NCBI GenBank assembly: GCA_052327205.1
Contig: CM126216.1
Location: 73,470,001 to 73,534,000, forward strand
Source: Somniosus microcephalus
Taxonomy: Eukaryota
Length of the DNA stretch: 64,000 nucleotides
Reading direction: 5' to 3'
The notes below the pieces were generated by a model. The model worked only from the letters and a program-made list of their open reading frames with translations. It had not been told where the DNA came from and did not search any database. A program made the position numbers and the translations under genes. This document shows positions 1 to 12,405 of the stretch, in pieces (position 1 is the first letter of the stretch; the number at the start of each line of letters is the position of its first letter).

Positions 1-467
1 GAGTTCTTTGCAGCCGAGAGCGAGAGTCCCGAAGGCTGTGTTGCCTGCCCGGTGCCAGGGTTAAGGACATCTCCTCTGGGCTGGAGAGAAACTTGGAGTG
101 GGAGGGGGAGGATCCAGTTGTCGTGGTTTATGTTGGTACCAACGACATAGATAGGACAAGGAAGGAGGTTCTGCTGAGGGAGTTTGAGCAGCTAGGGGCC
201 AAATTAAAAAGCAGAACCACAAGGGTAATAATCTCTGGATTACTACCTGAGCCACGTGCAAATTTGGCTAAGGTAAATAAAATTAGAGAGTTAAATGCGT
301 AGCTCAAAGACTGGTGTGGGAGAAATGGGTTTTGCTTCCTGGGACACTGGCATCAGTACTGGGATAGGAGAGAGCTGTTCCGTTGGGACGGACTTCACTT
401 GGCCAGTGCTGGGACTAGAATCCTGGCGAATCGAATAACTAGGGCTGTAGAGAGGGCTTTAAACTAA
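1..467 (+). pseudogene. CR1 ORF1 SGNH/GDSL esterase domain (premature TAG at 300-302)
   Basis: VGTND block; reading past the stop in frame gives LKDWC...FRWDGLHL (DxxH) ending at TAA 465-467. Confidence 0.85.
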
Positions 468-505
468 TTAGTGGGGGGGAGGTTTTAAGAGAGCGAAAAA
501 TAAAA

Positions 506-3309
506 ATGACAGCGGAGAAGGCAATAGAGCAAGGTAGCAGTGGGGGAATTAAAAACCAGAGCGTGTCAGGAAGGGACAGAATGTACAATGATAAAGGTAA
601 AGTAGTAAAAGGGGTAAAAGCAGGAATAAATTGTCAGAAAACATATTTGAAAGTTCTTTATCTGAATGCACGCAGCATTCGTAACAAAATTGACGAGTTG
701 ACAGTACAAATAACTACACATGGGTATGATCTGGTGGCCATTACGGAAACATGGCTGCAAGATAATCATGACTGGGAACTAAACATACAAGGGTATTTGA
801 CAATTAGGAAGGACGGACAGGAAGGAAAGGGAGGTGGGGTTGCTATGTTAATCAAGGATGGAATCACTGCAATAGTCAAATGATATTGGGTCAAAGGATC
901 AGGATAGTGAAACAGTTTGGGTGGAGATAAGGAATAATAAGGGGAAAAAGTCACTAGTGGGCGTAGTCTATAGGCCTCCTAACAGTTGCAAGGGAACAGC
1001 TATAATCATGGGGGATTTTAACTTTCATATTGACTGGACTAATCAAATTGGGCATGGCAGCCTTGAGGAAGAGTTCATAGAGTGTATTAGGGACGGGTTC
1101 CTTGAGCAGTATGTAACTGAACCAACCAGGGGGCAGGTAATCTTAGATCTGGCCCTGTGTAATGAGACAGGATTAATAAAAAATGTCCTAGTAAAGGATC
1201 CCCTTGGAATGAGTGACCATAATATGGTTGAATTCCAAATTCAGTTTGAGGGTGAGAGAGTTGGATCTCAAACTAGCGTACTAATAGCTTAAATAAAGGA
1301 GACTATGAAGGTATGAGAGTAGAATTGACTAAAGTAGACTGGGAAAACAGATTAAAGTGTAAGACGGTACAAGAGCAGTGGTCTACATTCAAGGAGATAT
1401 TTCACATCTTTCAAGATAAATATATTCCACTGAGGAAAAAGGGGAGTAAAAGAAAAGACAGCCATCCGTGGCTTAGTAAAGTAATAAAGGATAGTATTCG
1501 ACTGAAAACAAGGGCATATAAAGTAGCCAAATCTAGTGGGAGGATAGAAGATTGGGAAGCATTTAAAAGCCAGCAAACAATAACTAAAAGATTAATTAAG
1601 AAAGGGAAGATAGATTATGAAAGTAAACTAGCAAAAAATATAAAAACAGATAGCGAGAGTTTCTACAGCTATATAAAAAGAAAAAGGGTGGCTAAAGTGA
1701 ACGTTGATCCCTTAGACGATGGGACCGGGAAACTAGTGATGGGGAACATGGAGATGGCAAAGACGCTGAACAAATATTTTGTATCAGTCTTTACAGCAGA
1801 GGACACTAAAAATATCGCAACACTGGACAAACGGGGCAATGGGGGGGAGGAGCTAAACACGATTAAAATCACTAAGGAGATGGTATTCAGTAAAATAATG
1901 GGACTTAAGGTGGATAAATCCCCCGGACCTGATGGCCTACATCCTAGGGTCTTGAGAGAAGTGGCGGTAGGGATTGTGGATGCATTGGTGATCATTTTCC
2001 AGAACTCCCTGGACTCAGGAAAGGTCCCGGCAGATTGGAAAACTGCTAATGTAACACCCTTATTTAAGAAGGGAAGTAGACAAAAAGCTGGAAACTATAG
2101 ACCAGTTAGCCTAACATCTGTGGTTGGCAAAATGTTGGAGTCCATTATTAAGGAAACAGTAACAGAGCATTTGGATAAACATAATTTAATAGGACAGTCA
2201 GCATGGTTTTACGAAGGGGAAGTCATGTTTGACAAATTTGCTCGAATTCTTGGAGGATGTAACACACGGTGGATAAAGGGGAACCAGTGGATGTAGTGTA
2301 TTTGGACTTCCAAAAGGCATTTGACAAGGTTCCACACAAAAGATTACTGATCAAGATAAAAAATCACGGGATTGGGGGTAATATACTGGCATTGGTGGAA
2401 GATTGGCTATCTAACAGAAAACAGAGTTGGGATAAATGGTTCATTCTCGGGCTGGCAATCAGTAACTAGTGGTGTTCCGCAGGGGTCAGTGCTGGGACCC
2501 CAACTCTTTACAATCTATATTAACGATTTGGAGGAAGGGACCGAGTGCAACATATCCAAGTTTGCCGACGATACAAAGATGGGAGGGAAAGCAGTGAGTG
2601 AGGAGGACATAAAAAACCTGCAAAAGGACATAGACAGGCTAAGTGAGTGGGCAGAGATTTGGCAGATGCAATATGATGTTGGAAAATGTGAGGTTATGCA
2701 CTTTGGCAGAAAAAATCAAAGAGCAAGTTATTATCTAAATGGAGAGAAACTGCAAAGTGCTACAGTACAAAGGGATCTGGGGGTCCTGGTGCATGAAACA
2801 CAAAAAGTTAGTATGCAGGTGCAGCAGGTGATCAGGAAGGCCAATGGAATCTTGGCTTTTATTGCTAGGGGGATGGAGTATAAAAACAGGGAAGTCTTGC
2901 CGCAGTTATACAGGGTATTGGTGAGGCTACACCTGGAATACTGCGTGCAGTTTTGGTTTCCATATTTAAGAAATGATATACTTGCTCTCGAGGCGGTTCA
3001 GAGAAGGTTCACTCGGTTGATTCCAGAGATGAGGGGTTAAGTAGGTTGGGACTCTACTCATTGGAGTTCAGAAGAATGAGAGGCGATCTTATCGAAACAT
3101 ATCAGATTGTGAGGGGGCTTGATCGGGTGGATGCGGTGAGGATGTTTCCACTGATGGGTGAGACTAGAACTAGGGGGCATAATCTTAGAATAAGGGGCTG
3201 CCCTTTCAAAACTGAGATGAGGAGAAACTTCTTCACTCAGAGGGTAGTAAATCTATGGAATTTGCTACCCCAGAGAGCTGTGGAAGCTGCAACATTAAAT
3301 AAATTTTAA
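506..3309 (+). pseudogene. CR1 ORF2 endonuclease-reverse transcriptase, broken by stops, frameshifts and short deletions
   Basis: Consecutive ORF fragments 506-883, 921-1292, 1313-2296, 2269-2469, 2372-3040, 3046-3309 are colinear with APE-RT motifs. Confidence 0.93.
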
Positions 3310-3533
3310 ATGGAGATAGACATTTTCCTAGCAGATAAGGGAATTAGGGGTTACGGGGAGAGGGCAGGGAAGTGGACGTGAGTCTAGATTCAGATCAGCC
3401 ATGATCCTATTGAATGGCAGAGCAGGCCTGAGGGGCCGTATGGCCTACTCCTGCTCCTATTTCTTATGTTCTTATGTTACAAGTTCAGCATTGTGCAAAA
3501 CAAAAATTGCTTCGTACCAACACTAGACTTAAT

Positions 3534-4251
3534 GGGCTGGATATTCCGATCCCTACGGGTGGGTACGCGCTGTGTATACACCCGTAGGGGCATCGGAAAT
3601 GCCGGTTTCAGGCATGCGCTGAAAATCGGTATTTCCGATCTGTCAAGAATGGTCTTGACAGATCCTCCGGCTGCGCTGGAGAAGGGCCTCTGCGGGCGGA
3701 TAGTTCTGCTTTTTGGAGACCCTCCGCCCGCAGAAAACCCTTACAATTCTCACGCCTGGTAGGCCTGCTTTTACCAGGATAAGAGTAGAAAAAAGAAACA
3801 TTTTTTTCACTGATTTATCTTTTAAAAGTAAAGGTAAGTTTATTTTTAGCCCTGTAAAAAACTTTAATTATTTTTTCAAAAAATTTAATTTTTGTTTAAA
3901 ATACTTAATTTATTGTAATTTCAAGTCATTTAAAAAATTTTATTTAAAAAAATTTTTATTTAAAGTTTTTCTATGTTTTTTCATTGATCTCCATTCATTT
4001 ATTTGACAGGTCTTCCTGTCAAATGTATGAAGGGAGAGTCCCTTCTTTGATTGGCTCCCCATGGCCCACGTGATCCCAGGGACGCAGCGAACTACCTGCG
4101 CCCCTGGGATACGTTGGCCCTGCACACTTGGAGTTTGGTGAGGCCCAGCATCGGAAGTGTGCGCGTCCTGGGAGCCCTCGGGTAAGGGCGCAGATTTTTC
4201 CAGATCGCAGGCCTCCGCCCACGGGAGGCCTGCAATCGGAAAATATGGGCC
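3534..4251 (+). mobile_element. MITE family A copy 1 (PIF/Harbinger-type non-autonomous element)
   Basis: Imperfect TIRs GGGCTGGATATTCCGAT / ATCGGAAAATATGGGCC, 3-bp TSD AAT (3531-3533, 4252-4254), AT-rich core; homologous to 16748-22539 and 55663-56373. Confidence 0.85.
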
Positions 4252-4289
4252 AATGTCAATACACCCTAAAACCATTATGATCTTAAAAA

Positions 4290-4680
4290 TGACATTCAGT
4301 AAATGCAGTGTGCTGTGGCACTGAGGTATACAGACCAGGAGAAGGTTAAGCTTTGATCCCTGGTCTATGCAATGCTAGCTGATCTCAGTGAAGCTGTTAG
4401 TTGGTGTACTATAATTGGCTTTGTATTCGTAGACTGTGGAAGAAGAAAATCAGCCAGGGTTTCCATTCCATGTTGTGACTCCAGCTAAAAAAAAAGTGTG
4501 AATGTGTGGGTGTTGTTACAGATATGATAAGGGTCAGATGTGATGCCTTCCAGAATTAACTATCTGGTGATACTTATTTTCTAGGCTCATTTGAAGAATG
4601 GTCACTTGGGCAAAGTACTGGAGGACCATCAGCAACTGTGAAACTGTGACACAAAGACCCTTCATGGGAAGGAAGGCTGC
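4290..4680 (+). mobile_element. Old tRNA-derived SINE (MamSINE1-like)
   Basis: ACTGAG.TATACAGACCAGG...GATCCCTGGTCT...TAGCTGATCTCAG...ATAATTGGC...AAAATCAGCCAGGGTT shared with 5000-5365, 42890-43075 and 61945-62345; resembles recalled MamSINE1 consensus. Confidence 0.6.
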
Positions 4681-4744
4681 AGTGGGGATAAAAATGCTCA
4701 AAGCAGCAGCGCTCTTATAATATCATAATAGGAATATATATTCC

Positions 4745-4868
4745 TAGGGATAGGGTGGGATATGTGTTGGTGTAGGGGTTACGGGGATCGGGTGGGATAT
4801 GTGTCGGTGCAGGCTCGATGGGCCGAAATGGCCTCTATCTGCACTGTGGGGTTTCTGTGATTCTGTGA
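4745..4868 (+). mobile_element. 5'-truncated HE1/V-SINE 3' end
   Basis: Nearly identical to 33378-33500, ending TCTGTGATTCTGTGA. Confidence 0.8.
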
Positions 4869-4999
4869 AAGGAATATTCACATTAGACAACTGTAATTTC
4901 ACTGGTGCATCTGAACCTGGTTATGAAACCTGAATGGAGACTGTAGTAGTTGGTTTTGAAGGTGGCTCATTTCATACACTTAAAACACTCATTATAGCT

Positions 5000-5365
5000 C
5001 TCCTGATGCTCAGTTGGTAATGGAAGCATGTAGCTGAGCTATACAGACCCAAGAGTCCCAGGTTCAGTTCTTGGTTTATGCTGAGGTAGTTGATCTCAGC
5101 GACACTGGTGCTATAGTTGTCCTCTGGACCCATGGGCTAGATTGGGGAAAAGTCAGCTAGGGATCCTGACCCTGATTGCTATCTAGTGAGACCCGCTGAG
5201 AAATATGTTTGTGAGAGCATTGAGTAAGGACAGGATGAGACTCAGCTGGAATCCCCACTCACCATTCAGCAGCCTGCTAGAATTCATTGCCTCACACAGA
5301 AACAGGGTGACCGGCAGGCAAGGAAGCATAGTCCAGCACAAGTCAATGCCTTGAAGAGCCAAAAA
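5000..5365 (+). mobile_element. Old tRNA-derived SINE (MamSINE1-like)
   Basis: A-box-like GCTCAGTTGGTAA, B-box-like GGTTCAGTTC, body matching 4290-4680. Confidence 0.6.
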
Positions 5366-5814
5366 AACAACAGTTTCAGAAGCAATTTTCACAGGATAAC
5401 TTTTTTCCTTATTTTGACATCGCAAATGATACACTGTTTAATTTAAAAATGGCTCTTTCCTCTTATTGTAGTGTTATTGAAGACCTTGAGCTGATCTGCA
5501 AATATTCCTTTAGCAAATGCACTGCCAAAGCACTAAAAACTGGAGCCTAAACTAACCAATTAAGACAGTCTATTTAATCACATATTGAGCAATCAGTTTC
5601 AGACAGTGATCAGGCAGGGATTCAGCAACCTCATTGTTGTGAAGTGGTCTGCTCGCGCACAGATTTGCAACTATGCCAAGGGAGTGCCCAGCAGCGGCGG
5701 GGTGACAGGAACTGACACGGGTGATGGAAATGTCTTTCAGGCAATGCCACATCTGTATGTCCGTGCTCCCTACTCAAATAACAACAAGTGCCTCTGTGAG
5801 CATTAATCACCACA

Positions 5815-5875
5815 GTGGCTATGTTTGCATAAGTGGAGGGCATAATTGACTACATTCATGTGGCCTTATGTGGCC
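5815..5875 (+). pseudogene. Harbinger transposase fragment (first catalytic Asp region)
   Basis: Translates VAMFA*VEGIIDYIHVALC, like the Harbinger/HARBI1 AGFPxVxGxIDCTHV motif. Confidence 0.6.
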
Positions 5876-5965
5876 CTACCCCCCCTTAGAAGGAGTACTT
5901 ATAAAGTCGAAGACCAAGGAGAAATACTGGGCAAACAGACCTGCACCATACATTGTAATGTTCAG

Positions 5966-6359
5966 TAAAAATCATGAGCGGTCTGGACAGAGTAGATAGA
6001 GAGAAACTGTTCCCATTGGTGGAGGGGTCGCGAACCAGAGGACACAGATTTAAGGTGATTGGCAGAAGTACCAAAGGCGACATGAGGAAAAACTTTTTTA
6101 CACAGCGAGTGGTTAGGATCTGGAATGTACTGCCTGAAAGGGTGGTGGAGGCAGACTCAATCATGGCGTTCGAAAGGGAATTGGATAAGTACCTGAATGA
6201 AAAATATTTGCAGGGCTACAGGGAAAGGGCAGGGGGAGTGGGACTAGCTGAAGTGCTCTTGCAGAGAGCCAGCACGGGCTCGACGGGTTCAATAGCCGCC
6301 TTCCGCTCGACGGGTTCAATAGCCGCCTTCCGTGCTGTAACCATTCTATGATTCTATGA
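5966..6359 (+). mobile_element. CR1 LINE 3' fragment
   Basis: GLDRVDREKLFPL...TRGHRFK...KNFFTQRVV; tail TTCTATGATTCTATGA; 27-bp tandem duplication at about 6278-6331. Confidence 0.9.
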
Positions 6360-6629
6360 ATGAGCCTCTAATGAGTCCTACCAGTTCTCTTGGTATGAGA
6401 CACATGAAGGCCATTGTGTAGAAATTATATAGCATTCATGGATCTGAATGTAAGGCTGGTTCTAATGGAGAGAAGGTTTCATTTCGCAAACACATTGAGT
6501 ATATATGTTGATTACCATTGTGTTTTGAAAGAATAAGACACTTAAGTAAAGGTTTGAACCATTAGACCTCTCTAATAATGCTTACTGACTGAGCTGATCA
6601 TTACACAGCTAATTCCTGTTTTGTGATTG

Positions 6630-7335
6630 ATGTCATCTCTTCCACAGCTTTGCTGCTCCATTTCTTCTTCTCCTGGATCCCTGGTTAGGCCTCTTTGTAG
6701 GACAAAGTTGTGCATGGCACAGGAGGCTACAATAATTTTGAAGACCTTGCCTGGGCATGTACTGTAACATTCCTTCCCACCCACCCCCATCTTTCCAATA
6801 ATTAGAATCACTGCTTGAGGATGTCAGAATTGTGCTCCACTTAGACCCTGGTGGTAGCATGGGTTGCATTGTACCTTACCCCAAGTCTTGTCCTTGGGTA
6901 GCGCAGCAGTGTAGCAAGCAATGGATGCAATGCATATCCTTGATCTCTTCAACAGCCATTCCTGCTGTCGTCTTGGCCCTTCAAATAACGCTGCCACGAT
7001 GACAGGATGAAGAAATCATGGGGCATTGACTTGCACATTTCTGTCCCAGTGGTCACAGACCTGCTGTACTTTCATGGGCGGCTAGCCTTTTCTATATTTG
7101 AATGCAGTAGCATTAGGGATAGGGAAACGTAAGGCCACATGAATGCAGTCAATTATGCACTTTACTTATGGGAATCCTGCCACCTGTTAAAGTGGAGGGC
7201 TCAATCTCGTTGCTCGCTGCTTTCAAAAGGAAAATTTGATGAAATCAATGGCCCTGACAAAGAAAAGGTCATTTTCTAATTTCACGTTCTTGGTAGGGAG
7301 CCCATCTACCAAGAGTACATATCGGAAATTCTGGC
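6630..7335 (-). pseudogene. Decayed Harbinger transposase relic
   Basis: Minus-strand fragments VAGFP*VKCIIDCIHVALR, HDFFIL, GWLL.DQGY and KVFKIIVASCAMHNFVLQRG, in DDE_Tnp_4 order. Confidence 0.7.
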
Positions 7336-8194
7336 TTGTGCTGTACACTTGTTTTCCCACCATTATTTTAAACCATCAGGAAATTGTCCACTTTAATTCC
7401 TAATATTACACCACAGTAGGGAAGGCTCTCTAACAAGAACAAAATGGAAAATTACCCCTACGACGTGCCTGTGACCTGAAGTGTATACTGAAGATTGGAA
7501 GATGCACCCAGAATTTCCACAGTTGCTTTGAATGAGCCTGACGCACACAATTCAATGTAGCTTTAACCTTTACAGCCACTGACGGAGCCATTCCTGACTT
7601 GGAATCGGTTGGTAAATCCGGCTGCAAGCGTGTGCATAGTTCTGTTTGGAAATTTTAGTCTGAACATGCAGGTGTCTTTGGAAAGGTCTGGAGACAGGAC
7701 CCTGGCTCAGTGTACACAAATGACAGCATAATGCCAGGTCCTAATGGAGTGTCTAAGATGCAAATATACATGTCTAGCAAGGCTCCTCTGATCCTCCTAA
7801 TCCTCCTCCCAAACATAAGTCAACACACTAACAGCTTTGGCTGTACAAATAGGAATTGATAAGAGGTGCAATATGGCTTTAAAAAGCCGTCAAACAGGTT
7901 CCAAGAAGTTTCCTTAAATTATTTTGTCCATACAAAGCCAATATAGCACATGAAGAGTGAGTTGCTAAAAGATATAGCAAAAATCTTTTACTAACAATGA
8001 CTCAACGACAGGTCTCCCTTGCAGGGATTATTTTCTATGGGCATGTAGCTTATTGGACACTATTCAGGCATAGACATGGTATTATGGGGATCCCCTCCCC
8101 CCTTGCCATTGGAATCAGGTCTTTAATGAGCATGTTCCATAGTGCACACGCAAGAATCAAGTGCGCAGGGTCACATTTATTTGTCTAGTTTGCT

Positions 8195-8400
8195 TCAAGC
8201 ATAGATTAGGCCTCAGGCTCACTTCTCATCCGAAAAACACAGGGCTCTGGTATTCAGAAGGCAGTAGCACTACAGGTGCCTCATCACATTATCGGCCTCA
8301 TTATGTCTGAAACATCCCTAAACAAATATCCTGTGTTTAAGCACCTTGGGACATTTTACTGCATTAAAGGCGCTACATAATTACAAGTTATCGTTGTTAT
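8195..8400 (+). mobile_element. Decayed SINE/LINE fragment with L2-type tail
   Basis: TTGGGACATTTTACTGCATTAAAGGCGCTACATAATTACAAGTT...GTTGTT resembles an L2-type 3' end. Confidence 0.5.
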
Positions 8401-11400
8401 GGAACCTAAATAAACAGGCTTGCTTAAAACCTTTGTGTATACACTAGAAGGTGTTCAGAATTTTTCTACAATATTTGTCTTACAATTTGACAGATACACA
8501 TTTTTATTCCGTGAGGTGCAGATGAATTTTGCTGTGCAAAGGAAGGGTTTCTTACAAAAGGACCTGACACATTCTTATCTTACTGAGAAAATGTAATTTG
8601 GCTGGACACATGCAGTAACTACTCTTTGCCTTGTATTCAGGGATGGGACTATTGTCATGCATCTTGAAGAGAAATCCCAAGCTCATCCAAAACCTAGAAG
8701 TGAGAAGTATATACACGATGAGTTTATAATAATCTGAATAAGAGCTGACTTGGATTTAAGTGCCAGCACTGTCATATTCTGCTGGAACTACTTGTCAATA
8801 TCTGTATGTGAAATTTTTCCTGCCCAAAGAAAGTGCTGTATATTAGCCACATTGGTTCATTGACTTAGACCATATGTCCTATGCAACAGTGACACACAAA
8901 TATAAATAGGTATGAAAATTAGGGAAGAAATGCTGGTTGGGAGTGCAGTGTGGCTGTTCCTTACGAGTACAAAATATCCCCTTGTAATCATGACTGACAC
9001 AAGTGACTTATGAAGGTCTTTCCCAGAAAGCAATGAATGGCCATAATTGCATGTCACTCAGCACCTACAGCTACTCATGCAGTGCCCATTGCTCATGTCA
9101 GCTTTAAAATCCCATTGGAATGCTTTGCAGAGCACAGGCCGTTAAATAATAATTCACGCACGTGCTATTGTTTCTTTTATTCTAACTAGTGTGAATTATC
9201 ACCACCTGACACCGTGTAATTATTAATCTCCACAGAATATTACCTCACATTCTGTTGGAGTTCTTATTTTAAAGGTGGTGGATTTTGGTTATCCGGTTAA
9301 ATCACAGTGCATGTCAGATTCCCACTGTTAATAATTGTAGTTAAAAACAAAGTCATTGTGAGTATAAGGTGGGATTTCTGGTTTTGTATTCACAACATTT
9401 TTTTTCCAAAATTATCAACGGGAGGAATTTCAGAACCTGTAATTTTATAATGTGCATGAGTGTAATAATCCAATAAAGGAGAATGTATTATTTTTCAGTT
9501 AAAACCCTTTCCTTCTGTCAAGTTAGAAGACCCCACATTTTTTCCAGTTTAAAAAAGAATTTGGACTTAGTATCCTGTGTTTTACAGTGGGTTTTACGGT
9601 AAGTTATTTTGCATTTCTCTCCATTCCTATATATCTAAAATAAAACAAAAAATCTTATGTATGTCAACACTATCAGAATTTGATATCAACAGCACTTATG
9701 CATGTATATAGCACCATTAATGTAGAAAACGTGCTTTTTAGTGGTGTACAGATAAATAAAAATTCACCCAAATATCTGAAATCTAGTTACGGTCTTGTAG
9801 CACGTCTCTGGTGGCGTGCAATCTCTATTTAACTAGTCTCAATTTTCGGAACTTTCTGGATAAAGTAAAAAGATTCTGCAGTTCTCGAGGTTCCAAATAA
9901 TACATGCTTTAGGATTGTGCCAGACTCAATCTGCTATCACCATGTCTGCTATTGTCAAATTGAAGGCAAGACCTTGTGTTCACTAAGTTCAATTTGCATA
10001 TTTATTAGTTGCACTTTATTACATTCATGCTTTGCATCTTCAGTACACTGAATGCTGAAGTTCTTTTAATTGATATGAGTTGAGTTTGATACTTTCCATG
10101 AAAAATATTTCCATCAATACAAACTGATGTATTTGAAAATGGCAAGTCCCTGTTTGCAGCATTGTCTTTGTCATTGCTGCTGGGGAGTATGCCATGCTGT
10201 AAAAATGAAGAACTGTGCTACAGTATTTAGAAAGCCCATCTACTCGATCCTGAGCGCCACATGAGGGAAGAAATATTTCAGGCTGAAACCAACCCAAGTA
10301 TAAAGGTCATTGTGTCTGTGGTTCTTGGAGAGGATATAATTAATTTTAAAATGTTGAAGCAAACTCATTCATTATCATCTTCAGATCTCAGGGTAACTAA
10401 CTATGTGCAAAGTGCCCTGTGTAGGACTATATGTTGATGGGCAGGTTTTGATTTTGCAGCATGTAACAGTTGACCTTTCTAATGAAGCCAGAGTCACCAG
10501 CACAGTGTATCAAGCTACCTAACCACTTGTGAGAATGTTAATTAAACTTACTATTGATGTCTTTATAGGTGGGAAGGCATTAATTGTGGATGGTCATAAT
10601 TAGTCTTTCTGTTTTGTTGATTTTGCCAAGTGTGAAGGAATACTGGCCAATTAATGCCTGGGTTTTTCTTAATAAATTAATGATGCCCATTGGAACTGAA
10701 ATTATTCTTCAGCATTTATATTCAGCATCAAAGTTATTAACATGCCCTGATCTTAAGGTTTTGTGGAAATAATTGAGGTGCATACTAAGCAATTATGCCT
10801 CCCACATAATGCACTCTCCTTTTTTCTGATATTTTCAAAGCAGGAAAAGCTGCCTTTTGTGTTGTGACCCGAGCCCTAAGCTGTTCTGGATCCATACTAC
10901 TTTTTCAGGCTTGTAAATTTATCTGGTTGCACACATCAAAAAAGGTCATACATGCCCCATATTCCTGCCATGCCAGTCCCAAAACGTCTTACAAATATAA
11001 AAATAAAACTCAGACCATTAAATGTCTCGATTATTAAAGTAATTTTGTGCCAATTAATGTTGTTAGTGTCTTCTGTATTTTGACATATTTACTTGTTCGT
11101 CGAACTCCAGAACGAGAATGTTCTTAATAGAGGCCACAACATCAGTATTTTCTCTTTTGTCCAACTGAATAATGTAGCAATTCAGGTTACTCATGAGCTT
11201 GTTGTTGACAGCTACAATTCCAATCCCATTCTTTCTATTTTGTGTCAATATTTCATCTACCAGAGCTGGGAGAATGTGGAAGGAGGCCAATAGCATGTGT
11301 GCTGTACCTCACTGCAAGGGGCAAGTGGATCACAATTGGCCCCCAGATTGCCTTCTGTATTGAGCAGCTCAGCCAATCTCCCGTGCTTGGTTAATTTTAG

Positions 11401-11784
11401 TGGTGCATTTTGTAGTTTGTTTATTTAGATATGTACTGGACTTTGAAGTGGTTTAGAGTCAGAATTGGTCGGTGGAGTGCATGACTGCTTCTTCACCCAC
11501 TGGAGGCAAAGCTCATCTTGACCTGGCATTGGTTAATGATCTAGAAAATGTACAAAATGTGGAAGCCTGACCACCTCTGGGGGTCAGTGACCACCCACCT
11601 CTGGGGGTCAGTGACCACAGAATAAGTTTAACATGATCTGGGAGTCAGTAATTCTGATGATCAGCAGCCAGGTACATACTTTAAAAGAGCTAAATATTGT
11701 TAAAAATGAGGGAGCAAATATAATTGGGGGCGGTTGTTCAACAACTCTTCAGTGGAAGATAAATCACACCTCTTTAAAGATATC

Positions 11785-11928
11785 GAGGGTAATTTTCACC
11801 TTCAGTGCCTGGGCGATAGTTTAGTGAAGTGGATTGCCTGCCTATTGTAGAACCCTCCTGATTTTCTTCCCATTAAAATGTGGCCATGCCAGATTACCGG
11901 CCAGGCGATGAAGGTGAAAATTGCCCCC
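11785..11928. mobile_element. Small MITE (Harbinger-type)
   Basis: About 28-bp TIRs GAGGGTAATTTTCACCTTCAGTGCCTGG / CCAGGCGATGAAGGTGAAAATTGCCCCC; flanks ATC/ATA. Confidence 0.75.
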
Positions 11929-12405
11929 ATAATGTTGAGCATGCAGGATAAATACATTCCCAAAACAGCAAGCTCAGACTCGACAGGTGTGATCCGAAAT
12001 GAATTCATAAACAAATTAAAAGTGAGAAAAAGTGACCTGTTCGAATCCTGTAGGGAGAAAGGAAGGCCTCATTGGGAATAATACTAAAAAATGCAGCCAC
12101 ACATTAATAAGGCGATTAGACGGACAAAGAGAGACCTAAAAAGAGAAGTAGCAGCTGAAACTCGGTGTAACAGTAAAAGGTTCTTTCAGTACTGCAACAG
12201 CAAGAGGGCAATAAAAAGAGGTGAAAACCATAAAAAAAAGGTGAGCATAAAATAGTCAATATTCTAAATGACTATTTCCTTCAAGTATTCACAAGGGAAG
12301 ACATGAGCAACATGCCCTTTCCAGACAGGACTATCTCAAGTCTAATCAATGACTTCCTTATGAATGAGATGGAATCCTAGACATGCTAATTGAACTGAAA
12401 ACAAA

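Larger units (their letters stand above)
1..3478 (+). mobile_element. CR1-clade LINE, near full length (5' end outside window), decayed
   Basis: ORF1 esterase, then APE motifs (YLNARS, ITETW, MGDFN, SDH), RT (NYRPVSLTS, GVPQGSVLGP, FADD), CR1 C-terminus (TRGH, RNFF) and a 3' tail TTCTTATGTTCTTATGTT ending at 3478. Confidence 0.96.

Noticed and set aside
11063-11296. 77-aa minus-strand ORF as a host exon
   Set aside because: No convincing splice sites; at most faint resemblance to a very decayed RT segment, too weak to call.
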